From a virus: a stretch of DNA of 64,000 nt. Numbering within the stretch: the stretch's first letter is position 1; each line of letters starts with the position of its first letter. The stretch lies in IMG/VR virus record IMGVR_UViG_3300044632_002025. One strand, given 5' to 3'. Below, piece after piece: positions 49,261 through 58,580 of the stretch. Below the pieces are notes generated by a model. The model made no database searches and was not told the DNA's origin. It saw nothing but the letters and a program-made list of their open reading frames with translations. A program made the translations under genes and the position numbers.

Positions 49261-51243
49261 ATGACGAGAAAGTTAACTGCAAGAGAAAAAAATAGCGTGG
49301 ACAAATTCAACCATGAGGGTTGTGACCCCCATGAAAACCGATTTGAGAACCAGCAAGAACAAAAAACCCCTAGAGATTCTGATGATGAGGGTCAGTTTAT
49401 GGGGGATTTCACCCGTTATCGGGAGGGAATGCGAGTTCTGGCTCAACATGGGCTAGAGCTTATCCCCCATCCAAAGGGTGATTTAGCTGGACACAAAATT
49501 TATATTGACTGTCCCTACACGGTAGCTCCCACTGGGGATGGCTACAAACCACCTTCGGATTTCCATTGGAAAAAGAAAATTGTGCCAATGGAACACCAGG
49601 ACACCCTGGAGGACGCAGTAAACATGATTAAGTCCCATTGTAGCAAGCAAGTTTGGGAATACTGGAAACCTTTAGTGTTTCACAATGGGGACAATCGTAG
49701 ACCAGTTTTTAATACTGCTCTTTTAATGTTGGCTGGTGAGCAAACCAAACGATACAATTCTGGCATTAGTTTAAGGGGTGGTACTGGTGGGAAATATATA
49801 GTTCCCCAGAAATCTTGGTTTGACCCCCGCATTCAGGAGGTTACAGCCCAAGATTTGTTGTCCATCTTTCCCGAAGCAGAACGTCAAATGTTCCTCTTAT
49901 TAGTCGGGAGAATTGTGGTTGGAAGTGGTGATTCCACAACTGTTGAGGGAATCGACATTAACCATAAGTTTCGCTCTATGGGCATTGTCTTGGGTGAACC
50001 AGGCTTGGGTAAATCGGCTCTAATGACCTTTGTAATGGACGCTCTGAAAAATTGCGGCTATGACATCCAAACCATGGCTGATAACTTTGGCAGATTTGGT
50101 TGGGGGGAAATTGCTGTCTCCCATCTGGCTTATCTGGATGACCTCACCAAATCCACCCAACAAAAAATGTTACACTCCGGGCTGACTAAGCAATTGGTTA
50201 GTAACGGTGTACTACGCACCGAAAATAAAGGAGTTGACGCAATAAACGTTAAGTCTCGAACTGTCATAATTGCTTGTTCTAACGAGTGGAATGCTCGTGA
50301 CTTGTATAATGCTGATGACGGTATTAAGGACAGGGTAAATATGCTCTCTATTTACCAGGAGACAGAATTAAAGAAAATGGTGGGTACTGGGTTATCCTCT
50401 GGTAGCCCTGATTTCCGAACTTGGCATCATTGGAATTATCTGGCTAAAAAACTTAATACCACTACCGATGTTTTGGGGTTTTGGCTACTCCACTTGTCCT
50501 CCGAAGAGTTCCTCAAAGTGGCAGGTTACACTGAGTCCGTATTGCCCCGTGACCCCAAAAAATTTCCTTCGCTATCAGATGAAACTTATAATCAGATGCT
50601 GAGGATGACTGGGGCTACTATGGCTCAAACCAATCCTAACCGTCTGGAAGAAACCATTGTAGCCCTCCATAAAGAACTGAGAATCCGTACAGTTCAAAAT
50701 GCTACAAAGGATATGGTTCACTTCTGGAGATTCTGTATGGTTTTTTCGGGAATTGACTCCAAGAGTGGGATTGGTGAATACTACGAGTCTAGTGCTAACT
50801 TTGATGACCAACTCGCAGTGTTCTTTCTCGAAGCTCAAAGAGCCTTTATGGGAAATAAAGGTATTGATTTATGTCGCTATTTAAAGTCTGATTTTGAGAA
50901 AAGGGGGAAACCTAAAGGTCATCCCTACGCCATAGTAGAATCCGTGTCCGCTACAGGATTAAATAATGCAATACTAAAAGGCTTGGAGTTAGCTTCCCAA
51001 CACAATAGCCCCGCTAACATCATAGAAAATATGCTTAAGGGGTTAACCACTACTGGAGGTTACGAACTTCGTAGGGACTTATCCGTAATCGTGAGCTACT
51101 ACGAAGGCAGTAAAAGCTATGACCCCCTATATAACCAAATTATCTCAGATGTCCAAGACTTAGACGATGAGGACGTATATCTAGGGTTTCACAAAGTCCT
51201 AACTAACCTTGCTAAGGGGTTTTTAAAACTGATGGTGGATTAG
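49261..51243 (+). CDS. primase/helicase-like protein with SF3 (P4/D5-type) helicase domain
   Basis: Walker A GEPGLGKS, Walker B LAYLDDL, motif C IIACSNEW. Confidence 0.6.
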   Translation: MTRKLTAREKNSVDKFNHEGCDPHENRFENQQEQKTPRDSDDEGQFMGDFTRYREGMRVLAQHGLELIPHPKGDLAGHKIYIDCPYTVAPTGDGYKPPSDFHWKKKIVPMEHQDTLEDAVNMIKSHCSKQVWEYWKPLVFHNGDNRRPVFNTALLMLAGEQTKRYNSGISLRGGTGGKYIVPQKSWFDPRIQEVTAQDLLSIFPEAERQMFLLLVGRIVVGSGDSTTVEGIDINHKFRSMGIVLGEPGLGKSALMTFVMDALKNCGYDIQTMADNFGRFGWGEIAVSHLAYLDDLTKSTQQKMLHSGLTKQLVSNGVLRTENKGVDAINVKSRTVIIACSNEWNARDLYNADDGIKDRVNMLSIYQETELKKMVGTGLSSGSPDFRTWHHWNYLAKKLNTTTDVLGFWLLHLSSEEFLKVAGYTESVLPRDPKKFPSLSDETYNQMLRMTGATMAQTNPNRLEETIVALHKELRIRTVQNATKDMVHFWRFCMVFSGIDSKSGIGEYYESSANFDDQLAVFFLEAQRAFMGNKGIDLCRYLKSDFEKRGKPKGHPYAIVESVSATGLNNAILKGLELASQHNSPANIIENMLKGLTTTGGYELRRDLSVIVSYYEGSKSYDPLYNQIISDVQDLDDEDVYLGFHKVLTNLAKGFLKLMVD

Positions 51244-51293
51244 TTTTAGACCTACGGGGGTGGCTAAAACCTAAAAAATTTTTCTCAACCCCC

Positions 51294-51322
51294 TTGACAC
51301 CTGCCATACCCTCTGTTATACT
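51294..51322 (+). promoter_or_regulatory. promoter TTGACA-N17-TATACT
   Basis: CCCCTTGACACCTGCCATACCCTCTGTTATACTTT. Confidence 0.65.
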
Positions 51323-51349
51323 TTAGTTATTGCTACCCCAAAGACACCT

Positions 51350-52657
51350 ATGTTAGGAACAGCCAACAAAATATTAAAAACTTCCACAGTAGAAGTCGAA
51401 ATGGACTTCAGAGACTTTAATAACGTCTCTATCGAAGCTTTAGAGGCGGAAATTGTGGATACCGACACTTTTATCGCCGTTCACGAAGAATTTAAACTTT
51501 TTGTAGAGAAAGTTGTCACACCCACTGGCTATACCAGCCGTCATTTCGTGGACATCTATAAACTCCTAAAAAAACTTTTACCCGTTTATAACCCCCCGAA
51601 AACTAAGGCTACTTCCAATAAGGGTCTACAAGCCGCTTACAACGCCGCTATGGGTTCCGTATTAACCACTATGGTTAACACTCCCTTCAAAAAGAAAACA
51701 GAAGCCGTAAAACTAACTGGCTCTCAGACTGTTGCGGCGGGTAGTGCTGTCCTATTACAATTACAAATTGCAATGGATTTTACCCACGAAATTTTTCATG
51801 ATTTAGTTAGAAGTGTTGAGAAAGGAGAGCCTAGACTTAGACCTAAAGAGGTTCGTAGTGCGGATGATTTAATCCGTAATGAGGATTTTTTTGCTTACTC
51901 TTGCATCCCCCCTGAAGATGTAGATGGGAGAAAGGCCTATATTGACCAGACTATGGCTCACTGGCGTGAACACACCAACACCTATCTTGACTATATGTTC
52001 TCCATTCTAGAGTTCAGCGAAAATAAATTTAACCGCCCCTGTGGTGAACTTGCCGAGGCTCTCCATACGTTTAAGGCTGAACTTGATAAGAAGGGTATCT
52101 TTAGAGCTTGGGTTAATTTCTATGATAACGTAGGAGCCGTTAAAACCTACTCTAGTATGGGCATACCAATTGAACACGAGGGTTGTTGGGGCAATCAATT
52201 GGGGAGAGACCTTGATAACAATCCCCTTTCCATTACTATGCTTTTAGAAAAGATGTTCCCATGGCAAGTAGGAAAATCCTACAGTAGAAGGCAAATAAAT
52301 GCTTGGAACAAAGGCAAATGTGAGGTTCTTTTTTACGAGTGGGTTTCCCAATTCGTTTATTCTGACGACCCATTAAACTACGCTCCTTACTCTTTAAAGC
52401 TTAGAAAACCCCCCAAATCTGATAAGGATATTTTTAAAGCCGCTTGGCAGAATCTTTATAATATCCAGAGACAAGTCCTAAACAAGATGGAGCAAAAAGT
52501 AAAAGCCACTTACGTCCGTGTTTCTGCTGACTTCTCTAATCTCACTTCCTCAGTCAAAGAAGGGTTCGCTAAATTCTGCGGTGGTCAAGTGGTAAATTTC
52601 TCCGTCCTAGAAACAGAAGACTCAGGACTAGAACCAAACTTCACCATGTCAACGTGA
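51350..52657 (+). CDS. hypothetical protein (435 aa)
   Basis: Intact ORF. Confidence 0.45.
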   Translation: MLGTANKILKTSTVEVEMDFRDFNNVSIEALEAEIVDTDTFIAVHEEFKLFVEKVVTPTGYTSRHFVDIYKLLKKLLPVYNPPKTKATSNKGLQAAYNAAMGSVLTTMVNTPFKKKTEAVKLTGSQTVAAGSAVLLQLQIAMDFTHEIFHDLVRSVEKGEPRLRPKEVRSADDLIRNEDFFAYSCIPPEDVDGRKAYIDQTMAHWREHTNTYLDYMFSILEFSENKFNRPCGELAEALHTFKAELDKKGIFRAWVNFYDNVGAVKTYSSMGIPIEHEGCWGNQLGRDLDNNPLSITMLLEKMFPWQVGKSYSRRQINAWNKGKCEVLFYEWVSQFVYSDDPLNYAPYSLKLRKPPKSDKDIFKAAWQNLYNIQRQVLNKMEQKVKATYVRVSADFSNLTSSVKEGFAKFCGGQVVNFSVLETEDSGLEPNFTMST

Positions 52658-52682
52658 CATCTAATCTACTCTCTGTTATACT
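52654..52682 (+). promoter_or_regulatory. cassette-type promoter GTGACA-N17-TATACT with no downstream plus-strand gene
   Basis: ACGTGACATCTAATCTACTCTCTGTTATACTGGGTTTAACCCGACAAAAACTG. Faces the 3' end of the convergent ORF 52818-53216. Confidence 0.45.
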
Positions 52683-52817
52683 GGGTTTAACCCGACAAAA
52701 ACTGTTGTCACATAGAAGACATTATTTGTGGATGTTATTGTTTGAACTAAAGTCTCAGGGGTGGTAACTACATACACCCCGTTAGTCTCATTAGAAAATA
52801 ATATTTCTCCATTCAGT

Positions 52818-53216
52818 TCAATTGCCATCGGGAATTACCTCCGTAGTCACTTCCGGGCTTACATTAGCCAATCCTTCAAAAAATCTGTGTACAATTAGCC
52901 CATCGGGGGACTTCATTTCACAGTCATATACCCAAGCATCCCTCCCAACTATATTCCCCATTGCCGCCGGTAATAAGGTTGTGGTCTGATAAACCATAAT
53001 TGGAGTTATTAATGTGTGGTTCTCATAGGTAATATCCCCTATTACGAAATCATCATTAACTATTTCAAAGTCTCCTTCTGCCAATAGAGTTCCCTTATGT
53101 TTTCTCTTAATTTGCCAAGCGAACTCCCAGTCACTATAGTTACCCGCTAATAGTAAAGATTTACCCCTATAGCTGGCTCCTTGTCTTATTAATATGTTAA
53201 CTTTTATTGGTTCCAT
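52818..53216 (-). CDS. hypothetical protein
   Basis: Intact ORF of 132 aa with the motif upstream. Confidence 0.4.
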   Translation of the reverse strand: MEPIKVNILIRQGASYRGKSLLLAGNYSDWEFAWQIKRKHKGTLLAEGDFEIVNDDFVIGDITYENHTLITPIMVYQTTTLLPAAMGNIVGRDAWVYDCEMKSPDGLIVHRFFEGLANVSPEVTTEVIPDGN

Positions 53217-53247
53217 ACTGGTTTTCCCGCAATCCCTACCTTAATCT

Positions 53248-53256
53248 TTGGGCGCA
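53248..53256 (-). promoter_or_regulatory. start-associated motif core (TGCGCCCAA on minus strand)
   Basis: 32 nt upstream of ATG 53216. Confidence 0.35.
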
Positions 53257-53300
53257 TAGGATTTTATCAATCTTAAACAGGGTGGGTATTGAGAAAAATC

Positions 53301-53311
53301 TATACGCCCAA
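53301..53311 (+). promoter_or_regulatory. start-associated motif core TATACGCCCAA
   Basis: 36 nt upstream of ATG 53347. Confidence 0.45.
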
Positions 53312-53346
53312 TGTCCTGTACAGAAGCATCATTCCCCCAATTTATA

Positions 53347-56300
53347 ATGGCCAGACGCAAAGGTAGAAAATTATACTCCCCTAATTCCCCCCAAGACCCC
53401 AGGAAATCCCGTGGCGGTAATATTAAAGATGGTATGGGGGTTGTTAAAGGTACTAATGTTAAAGGGGAAGCTTTTTCCTTTGACCCGTCTAAGCACAAAC
53501 GAGACCCCTTGACTGGTAAATGGGCTACTAAACCTGATGTGGTTAAGCCCCAAAAAGATAAGAAAAAAGCCACTAAACCCACTTCTTCCGAGGCTAAAAA
53601 AACTAAACCATCCTCCCCCTTCGCCAAATTTAGACAAAGGGTTCGTGATGCTTTAAAACAACAATTAATTAATTACGCAAAAAATAAATCAGATAAGTCT
53701 AAATCCACACCGTCTAAACCTGATTCTGTGTCAACTGTGCCAGTTAATGCTAAACCTATTGAGAAAAAGAATTTTACCCTGGATGACTATACTCAAAGAG
53801 GACAAGAAATTAGCTCTAAATATGGGTTGAGTGATAATAAGTTCTTAGGCAGACTGGCGAAGTTAATAGACAAATTACTCAGTTTCCAAGAAAAACCGTC
53901 ATTAACGCCTTCTGACATGGAGGAACTAAAAAAAATTAATGACGATATATTGGAGACACAAAAGAAGGCCTATGAAGACTTTGAGAAAAAAGTTGAACAA
54001 CTTTTAGACGACTATAGAGAAAATGCTTCAGATTTAGACATGGATAAAGTAATTTTAAAGACTAGATTTGTAAGAAATGGTTTTCCAAGAGATTTAAATG
54101 AGGACGTTGATATGGTGAGGGAAGCCTATAAAGATTTTCACTATCTCACTAACGGCAATATTATAGGCTTTCCCAATTTGTTGGATGTTAACAATGAAGG
54201 TAATAGCTATGCCGTTTACCCTAATAAACCCGCACAAAGTTCAATAGTCAGCATTGGGACATCTGGACAGGGGGAAGTTCCTCTGAGGCAGGCGACCTTC
54301 CATGAATTGGCGCACCTAGTTGAGCTTCATGTTCCTGGTCTCAAAGAAGCGTCTCTAGAGTTCCTGAAAAAACATAGTTACACTGGAACTCTAGAGAATT
54401 TTGATTACCTGGGTGTACCTATCTCAGGATATAAGGGGGACTTTATAGATGAATATGTGGGTAGATTTTACGTCCAAAATTCAGCCACAGAGGTTTTATC
54501 TACGGGATTTGAACGTTTAAGTAATCCAGATAGCGCATTTAAACTTTTTGTAAATTCTAATCATCACTTTAATTATATTCTTGGTGCGCTTGACCGTGTT
54601 AACTCTACTAGAAATTCTGAATCTTACCGGCTACCAAATAAATCTGTTAGGAAAATACCAAATAAATCTGCTGAGGAAATACCAAATAAATCTGCTGAGG
54701 AAATACCAAATAAATCTGCTGAGGCAAAGAATTTGACCCTAGATAACTACACTCAAAGAGGACAAGAAATTAGCTCTAAATATGGGTTGAACGATACTAA
54801 AACACTAGGAAAACTCCAAGAACTAAGTGGTATACTAAGAGAATTTAACACTAAAATAATGGGTATGTATGACGACCCTACTTTAACCGACTCCGACAGA
54901 GAAGAAGTTATACGTCAATTTGACGAGGTTTTCAAAAAACACAAAAATCTTGAAAAGAAATTTAGGGCAAAATTCGAGAAAAATGTTCAAAATCTTCTAG
55001 AATCCTACAAAGAAGCTAGTAAAGATTTAGACTTAGAGAAACTTTTGGAAAATTCTAAATTCACATTGTATGGGCAAGAACTAGATAAATCAGATAGGAA
55101 CGTGGATTTAGTGAAAGAAAGTGTTAAAGATTTCCACTCTCTTACTAAGGGGTTTCTGGGAGAATTGGTTCCTATGATTGACGTAGACAGAAATGGTTCT
55201 AGTTACGTCCGCTACCATCCAGATAAGCCAGAAAAATTGACACATATTAGAATCGGGGCTATTGGACTCGGTGATGAAGTATTTAAACTTCAGACCTTCC
55301 ATCAAATGGCTCACATTCTGGAATCCCACATACCTGGACTCCTAAAAGCATCTATGGAGTTCCTGAAAAAACATAGTTATTCGGGGCAAGAGGAAGACAT
55401 CGAACACAGGGGTATGACCTACAGAGGGTATAAAGGTGATTTTATAAATAATTATGTGGGTAGAACATACAACAAAGGGGTATCAGCCACAGAGGTTATA
55501 TCTACAGGTTTTGAAAGACTTCGTAACCCTACAGACGCATTTACTCTCTACACAGAATCAAACCATCACTTTAATTTTATTCTTGGGGTTCTAGATAGTA
55601 TTAACCAGACTGAGCCGCCTAAAACAAAATTAATGAGTAGCTTAACTCAAAAAAACTTAGACCCTAAACCAGAACCCGCAGAGCCAAAACCAACTACTCC
55701 TAAACAGGTTTCCAAAGAGTACACTGATACTATTAATTCTGCAAAATCTAAAATCTCCCAGTATAAACTGGATAGACTTGTCAAAGTTTTTGAAACTCAA
55801 GATGCCCAAATCAATGCGGAGCTAAAATCTTTAGACCCTAAAAACCCTGAAGACGTTGAAAAAGCCCAAAAACTTTTTGCTAGAAAACGTAAACTGAAGC
55901 AGTCTCTTGATACTTACCTTGAGAAACAGATGAACTTATTGTATCAAGAACTGCTTGATAATAATAATTCTGTAAACTCTGACCTCCTAGTGGGACAAAC
56001 TAATTTTCAAATAGGTGAATACACTAAAAATCTTAAACCAGCCAATACTGAAGACCCTATCTATAAAACTCACACTCCTGTAATTAGTAAGGCTTTGGCT
56101 GAATTTCATAAACTTACAGGGGGGATTCTGAACAACTTAGTCCCCCGTATAGGACTCAGCGAAAAAAAAAGAAGTTGGGCTGGATTCGATGCAAAAGAAC
56201 CCCAAAAAAATAATTATCTTTCTATATCTGTAACCCGTTCCAATGATGTTAAACCCTCAGTTTTTCATGAAGCGGCACACCTGTTGGAAGGGTCTGACCC

Positions 56301-56610
56301 TAAATTTGCCAACTTAGCTAAGGAATTTTTAGCTAAAAATAGAACTTCAGATGAACTTAAGCAAATAAAGGGTTATCCTGCTGGCGAAGTGGCTTACCCT
56401 GGAAACTGGGTTCACCCCTATGTGGGTAAAAATTATGAAAATGCCCCCTCCACAGAAGTAATTTCAATGGGTATAGAACGATTTGCTAGTCCTAGAGATA
56501 TGGCGGAATTTTATTTTAAAGATAAGGAACATTTTGCTCTAACTTTGGGGATTATAGAATCCCTTAAAGTCCCTGAACATCTAAAACCAAAACCTGCTAC
56601 AATATATTAG
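53347..56610 (+). CDS. large basic-N-terminus protein with three ~320-aa internal repeats, each with an HExxH-type motif
   Basis: HELAH (54301-54315), HQMAH (55300-55314), HEAAH (56266-56280), each followed by ..GYKGDF..YVGR.Y....ATEV(L/I)S.G.ER. The first track Met overlaps the upstream motif. Confidence 0.6.
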   Translation: MARRKGRKLYSPNSPQDPRKSRGGNIKDGMGVVKGTNVKGEAFSFDPSKHKRDPLTGKWATKPDVVKPQKDKKKATKPTSSEAKKTKPSSPFAKFRQRVRDALKQQLINYAKNKSDKSKSTPSKPDSVSTVPVNAKPIEKKNFTLDDYTQRGQEISSKYGLSDNKFLGRLAKLIDKLLSFQEKPSLTPSDMEELKKINDDILETQKKAYEDFEKKVEQLLDDYRENASDLDMDKVILKTRFVRNGFPRDLNEDVDMVREAYKDFHYLTNGNIIGFPNLLDVNNEGNSYAVYPNKPAQSSIVSIGTSGQGEVPLRQATFHELAHLVELHVPGLKEASLEFLKKHSYTGTLENFDYLGVPISGYKGDFIDEYVGRFYVQNSATEVLSTGFERLSNPDSAFKLFVNSNHHFNYILGALDRVNSTRNSESYRLPNKSVRKIPNKSAEEIPNKSAEEIPNKSAEAKNLTLDNYTQRGQEISSKYGLNDTKTLGKLQELSGILREFNTKIMGMYDDPTLTDSDREEVIRQFDEVFKKHKNLEKKFRAKFEKNVQNLLESYKEASKDLDLEKLLENSKFTLYGQELDKSDRNVDLVKESVKDFHSLTKGFLGELVPMIDVDRNGSSYVRYHPDKPEKLTHIRIGAIGLGDEVFKLQTFHQMAHILESHIPGLLKASMEFLKKHSYSGQEEDIEHRGMTYRGYKGDFINNYVGRTYNKGVSATEVISTGFERLRNPTDAFTLYTESNHHFNFILGVLDSINQTEPPKTKLMSSLTQKNLDPKPEPAEPKPTTPKQVSKEYTDTINSAKSKISQYKLDRLVKVFETQDAQINAELKSLDPKNPEDVEKAQKLFARKRKLKQSLDTYLEKQMNLLYQELLDNNNSVNSDLLVGQTNFQIGEYTKNLKPANTEDPIYKTHTPVISKALAEFHKLTGGILNNLVPRIGLSEKKRSWAGFDAKEPQKNNYLSISVTRSNDVKPSVFHEAAHLLEGSDPKFANLAKEFLAKNRTSDELKQIKGYPAGEVAYPGNWVHPYVGKNYENAPSTEVISMGIERFASPRDMAEFYFKDKEHFALTLGIIESLKVPEHLKPKPATIY
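54634..54729 (+). repeat. four tandem 24-bp repeats (IPNKSAEE linker)
   Basis: CCAAATAAATCTGCTGAGGAAATA starts at 54634, 54658, 54682 and 54706. Confidence 0.9.
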
Positions 56611-56651
56611 TAGTCTCGAACGACCAAATTTTAATTCGGAGGATTAATTTC

Positions 56652-56978
56652 TTGAAAGCTACCCTATCCCATTTTTTAGGTACAGTGAGTATTTCTACCA
56701 ACGTGGACACACACCCTGACAAACCAGTTGTTGCTGAATATAAGGTGGATTCCACTGTCCCAGAGGCTATCCCTGTCCTAAAATCCATCTTTGTTCGTGA
56801 ACTAGACCGGGCTACTGGTCTTTATGGTCATATCGGCGTGTTTTACGACAAAGAGAATGATACCTTTGACTCCACTAATATGGATTTATACGTCGCTTTA
56901 CAAGGTCTTGACGGCTTTTCCGTAGATGAACTCACTGAAATTAAAGCCAGCAAAATGCCTGAAGGAGTTTTGACTTAG
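56652..56978 (+). CDS. hypothetical protein
   Basis: Intact ORF with a TTG start. Confidence 0.3.
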   Translation: MKATLSHFLGTVSISTNVDTHPDKPVVAEYKVDSTVPEAIPVLKSIFVRELDRATGLYGHIGVFYDKENDTFDSTNMDLYVALQGLDGFSVDELTEIKASKMPEGVLT

Positions 56979-56981
56979 GAC

Positions 56982-57010
56982 TTGACAAATCTTTTAAGGT
57001 TTGTTATATT
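56982..57010 (+). promoter_or_regulatory. promoter TTGACA-N17-TATATT
   Basis: No obvious ORF for ~370 nt downstream. Confidence 0.5.
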
Positions 57011-57107
57011 AGAGAAAAGGTTTCCTTGTTAGTTATTTTTTCTAGGTCGTCTACACTGTTCCGTGGGCGAATTTTTTTTTGTCCTAACTCATGTTGGTAG
57101 GGGGGGA

Positions 57108-57150
57108 GGTAGGTACATGGGTTTTTATAACGGCTACCCCTAACTTCACC
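57108..57150 (+). repeat. isolated copy of the G-box element (GGTAGGGGGGGAGGTAGG...GGGTTTTTATAACGG)
   Basis: Matches 2380-2420 (GGGGGGTAGGGGGGGTTAGGTTGGTTTTTATAACGG). Confidence 0.6.
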
Positions 57151-57202
57151 ACTTGTCCCCGCACTTCGCTTAGTTACCAGTAGTACACTTGTTCAAAAAA
57201 AG

Positions 57203-57245
57203 ATTCTCCCAGACAGTTGACATTTCTGGGAGAATATCATAGGAT
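57203..57245 (+). promoter_or_regulatory. promoter TTGACA-N17-TAGGAT bracketed by an 11-bp perfect inverted repeat ATTCTCCCAGA/TCTGGGAGAAT
   Basis: The inverted-repeat arms at 57203-57213 and 57225-57235 flank the -35. Confidence 0.6.
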
Positions 57246-57380
57246 AGAATCAAGCAAACAAACACGGAAAACAGGATGACGGGTAACGCTAAACAACCAA
57301 TCGAAACAACACAAATTCCTGTATCCGACGCTATAATTAGTTATCAGTTATCAACTATTTGGGACTAACAAAAAAAAAAA

Positions 57381-58340
57381 ATGAACCAATTTACCGAAAA
57401 ACTACCCAATCAAGTCACACTAGAGATGGTAAGCTTACCAGCAGGTGAGTTTCTCATGGGTTCTGCTGAAAGCGAGGATGAAAAGCCTCCACACCAAGTT
57501 AAAGTCAACAGTTTTGCTATTGGGAAATATCCCATTACTCAAGCACAATATCAAGCGGTAATGGGAACCAATCCCTCTTATTTTTATAATAATCCCCAAA
57601 ATCCGGTAGAAAGGATTAGTTGGAATGACGCTCAAGCCTTTTGTCAGAAATTGAGTCAAATAACCGGCAAAACCTATCGCCTACCCACAGAAGCGGAATG
57701 GGAATATGCTTGTCGTGCGGATACAACTACTCGCTATTATTTTGGTGATGTTGCCAATCAGTTAGGAAATTACGCTTGGTATGAAGGAAATTCTCAAAAT
57801 ACAACTCATCCTGTGGGTCAGAAAAAGCCCAATGCTTGGGGACTATATGACATGAGTGGTAATGTTTGGGAGTGGTGCGAGGACTATTGGCACGATAGCT
57901 ACGAAAATGCACCAAAGAATGGCAGTGCCTGGGTAACAAATGATAATGATTATCAGTTACTGCGGGGCGGTTCTTGGAGCGACCTTTTGGGTGACTGCCG
58001 TTCCGCTTACCGTTACTACGACAGCCGCCACAACTACGACGACACCGACGGTTTTCGGGTAGTCTGCGACAATCAAATGTTCTTTTACAACGCCTTTAAT
58101 TTCCCCCTTCTTACCTCTAGTGTAAAAGAATTTGCTGTAAAGCTCGAAAAAATGCTAGTAAAGTTAGGACATCGTTTAGCAATAAGCGAAGATGGTCTCT
58201 ACTGTAAAATATATTTCCACCAACCCTATTCCGGTGTTTATCCAGGTGTTTTTGATACTCAAAAAGTGTATCAAATGCTAAATAATTTTACCGAACATAA
58301 AGATTATTTATGGGCTTTTCTCCAAGATTGCAAAGCTTAA
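57381..58340 (+). CDS. FGE-sulfatase (SUMF1/DUF323)-domain protein with an 89-aa C-terminal extension
   Basis: LPAGEFLMGS...HQVKVNSFAIGKYPITQAQY...YRLPTEAEWEYACRA...GLYDMSGNVWEWCED...LRGGSW...GFRVV. Confidence 0.75.
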   Translation: MNQFTEKLPNQVTLEMVSLPAGEFLMGSAESEDEKPPHQVKVNSFAIGKYPITQAQYQAVMGTNPSYFYNNPQNPVERISWNDAQAFCQKLSQITGKTYRLPTEAEWEYACRADTTTRYYFGDVANQLGNYAWYEGNSQNTTHPVGQKKPNAWGLYDMSGNVWEWCEDYWHDSYENAPKNGSAWVTNDNDYQLLRGGSWSDLLGDCRSAYRYYDSRHNYDDTDGFRVVCDNQMFFYNAFNFPLLTSSVKEFAVKLEKMLVKLGHRLAISEDGLYCKIYFHQPYSGVYPGVFDTQKVYQMLNNFTEHKDYLWAFLQDCKA

Positions 58341-58373
58341 TTCATTAATTATTGGTTGCTAGTCTGCGACAAT
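58060..58373 (+). repeat. 300-bp segment flanked by a 14-bp direct repeat TAGTCTGCGACAAT (58060-58073 and 58360-58373)
   Basis: Exact repeats 300 bp apart. The second copy restores the ancestral ...GFRVVCDN-stop junction seen in the paralogue. Confidence 0.75.
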
Positions 58374-58423
58374 TAATCAGTTATCAGTAGTACACTTGTT
58401 CAAAAAAAGATTCTCTCATACAC

Positions 58424-58452
58424 TTGACATTTCTGGGAGAATCGCATAAGAT
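58424..58452 (+). promoter_or_regulatory. promoter TTGACA-N17-TAAGAT (paralogue of 57217-57245; left operator arm degenerate)
   Basis: ATTCTCTCATA replaces ATTCTCCCAGA. Confidence 0.55.
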
Positions 58453-58522
58453 AGCATCAGGCAAACAAACACGGAAAACAAGATTACGGGTAACGATAAA
58501 CAACCAGTCGAACGCTATAATC

Positions 58523-58550
58523 AGTTATCAGTTATCAGTTATCAGTTATC
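58523..58550. repeat. (AGTTATC)x4 heptamer repeat in the 5'UTR
   Basis: Also x2 at 57339-57352 and x3 at 59210-59230. Confidence 0.9.
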
Positions 58551-58580
58551 AACTATTTGGGACTAACAAAAAAAAAAAAA

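Noticed and set aside
58557-58580. Upstream start (MGLTKKKKM) for the second FGE-like gene
   Set aside because: The extra codons are the A13 tract and heptamer-repeat 5'UTR. The paralogue starts at the equivalent MNQFTEKLPN.
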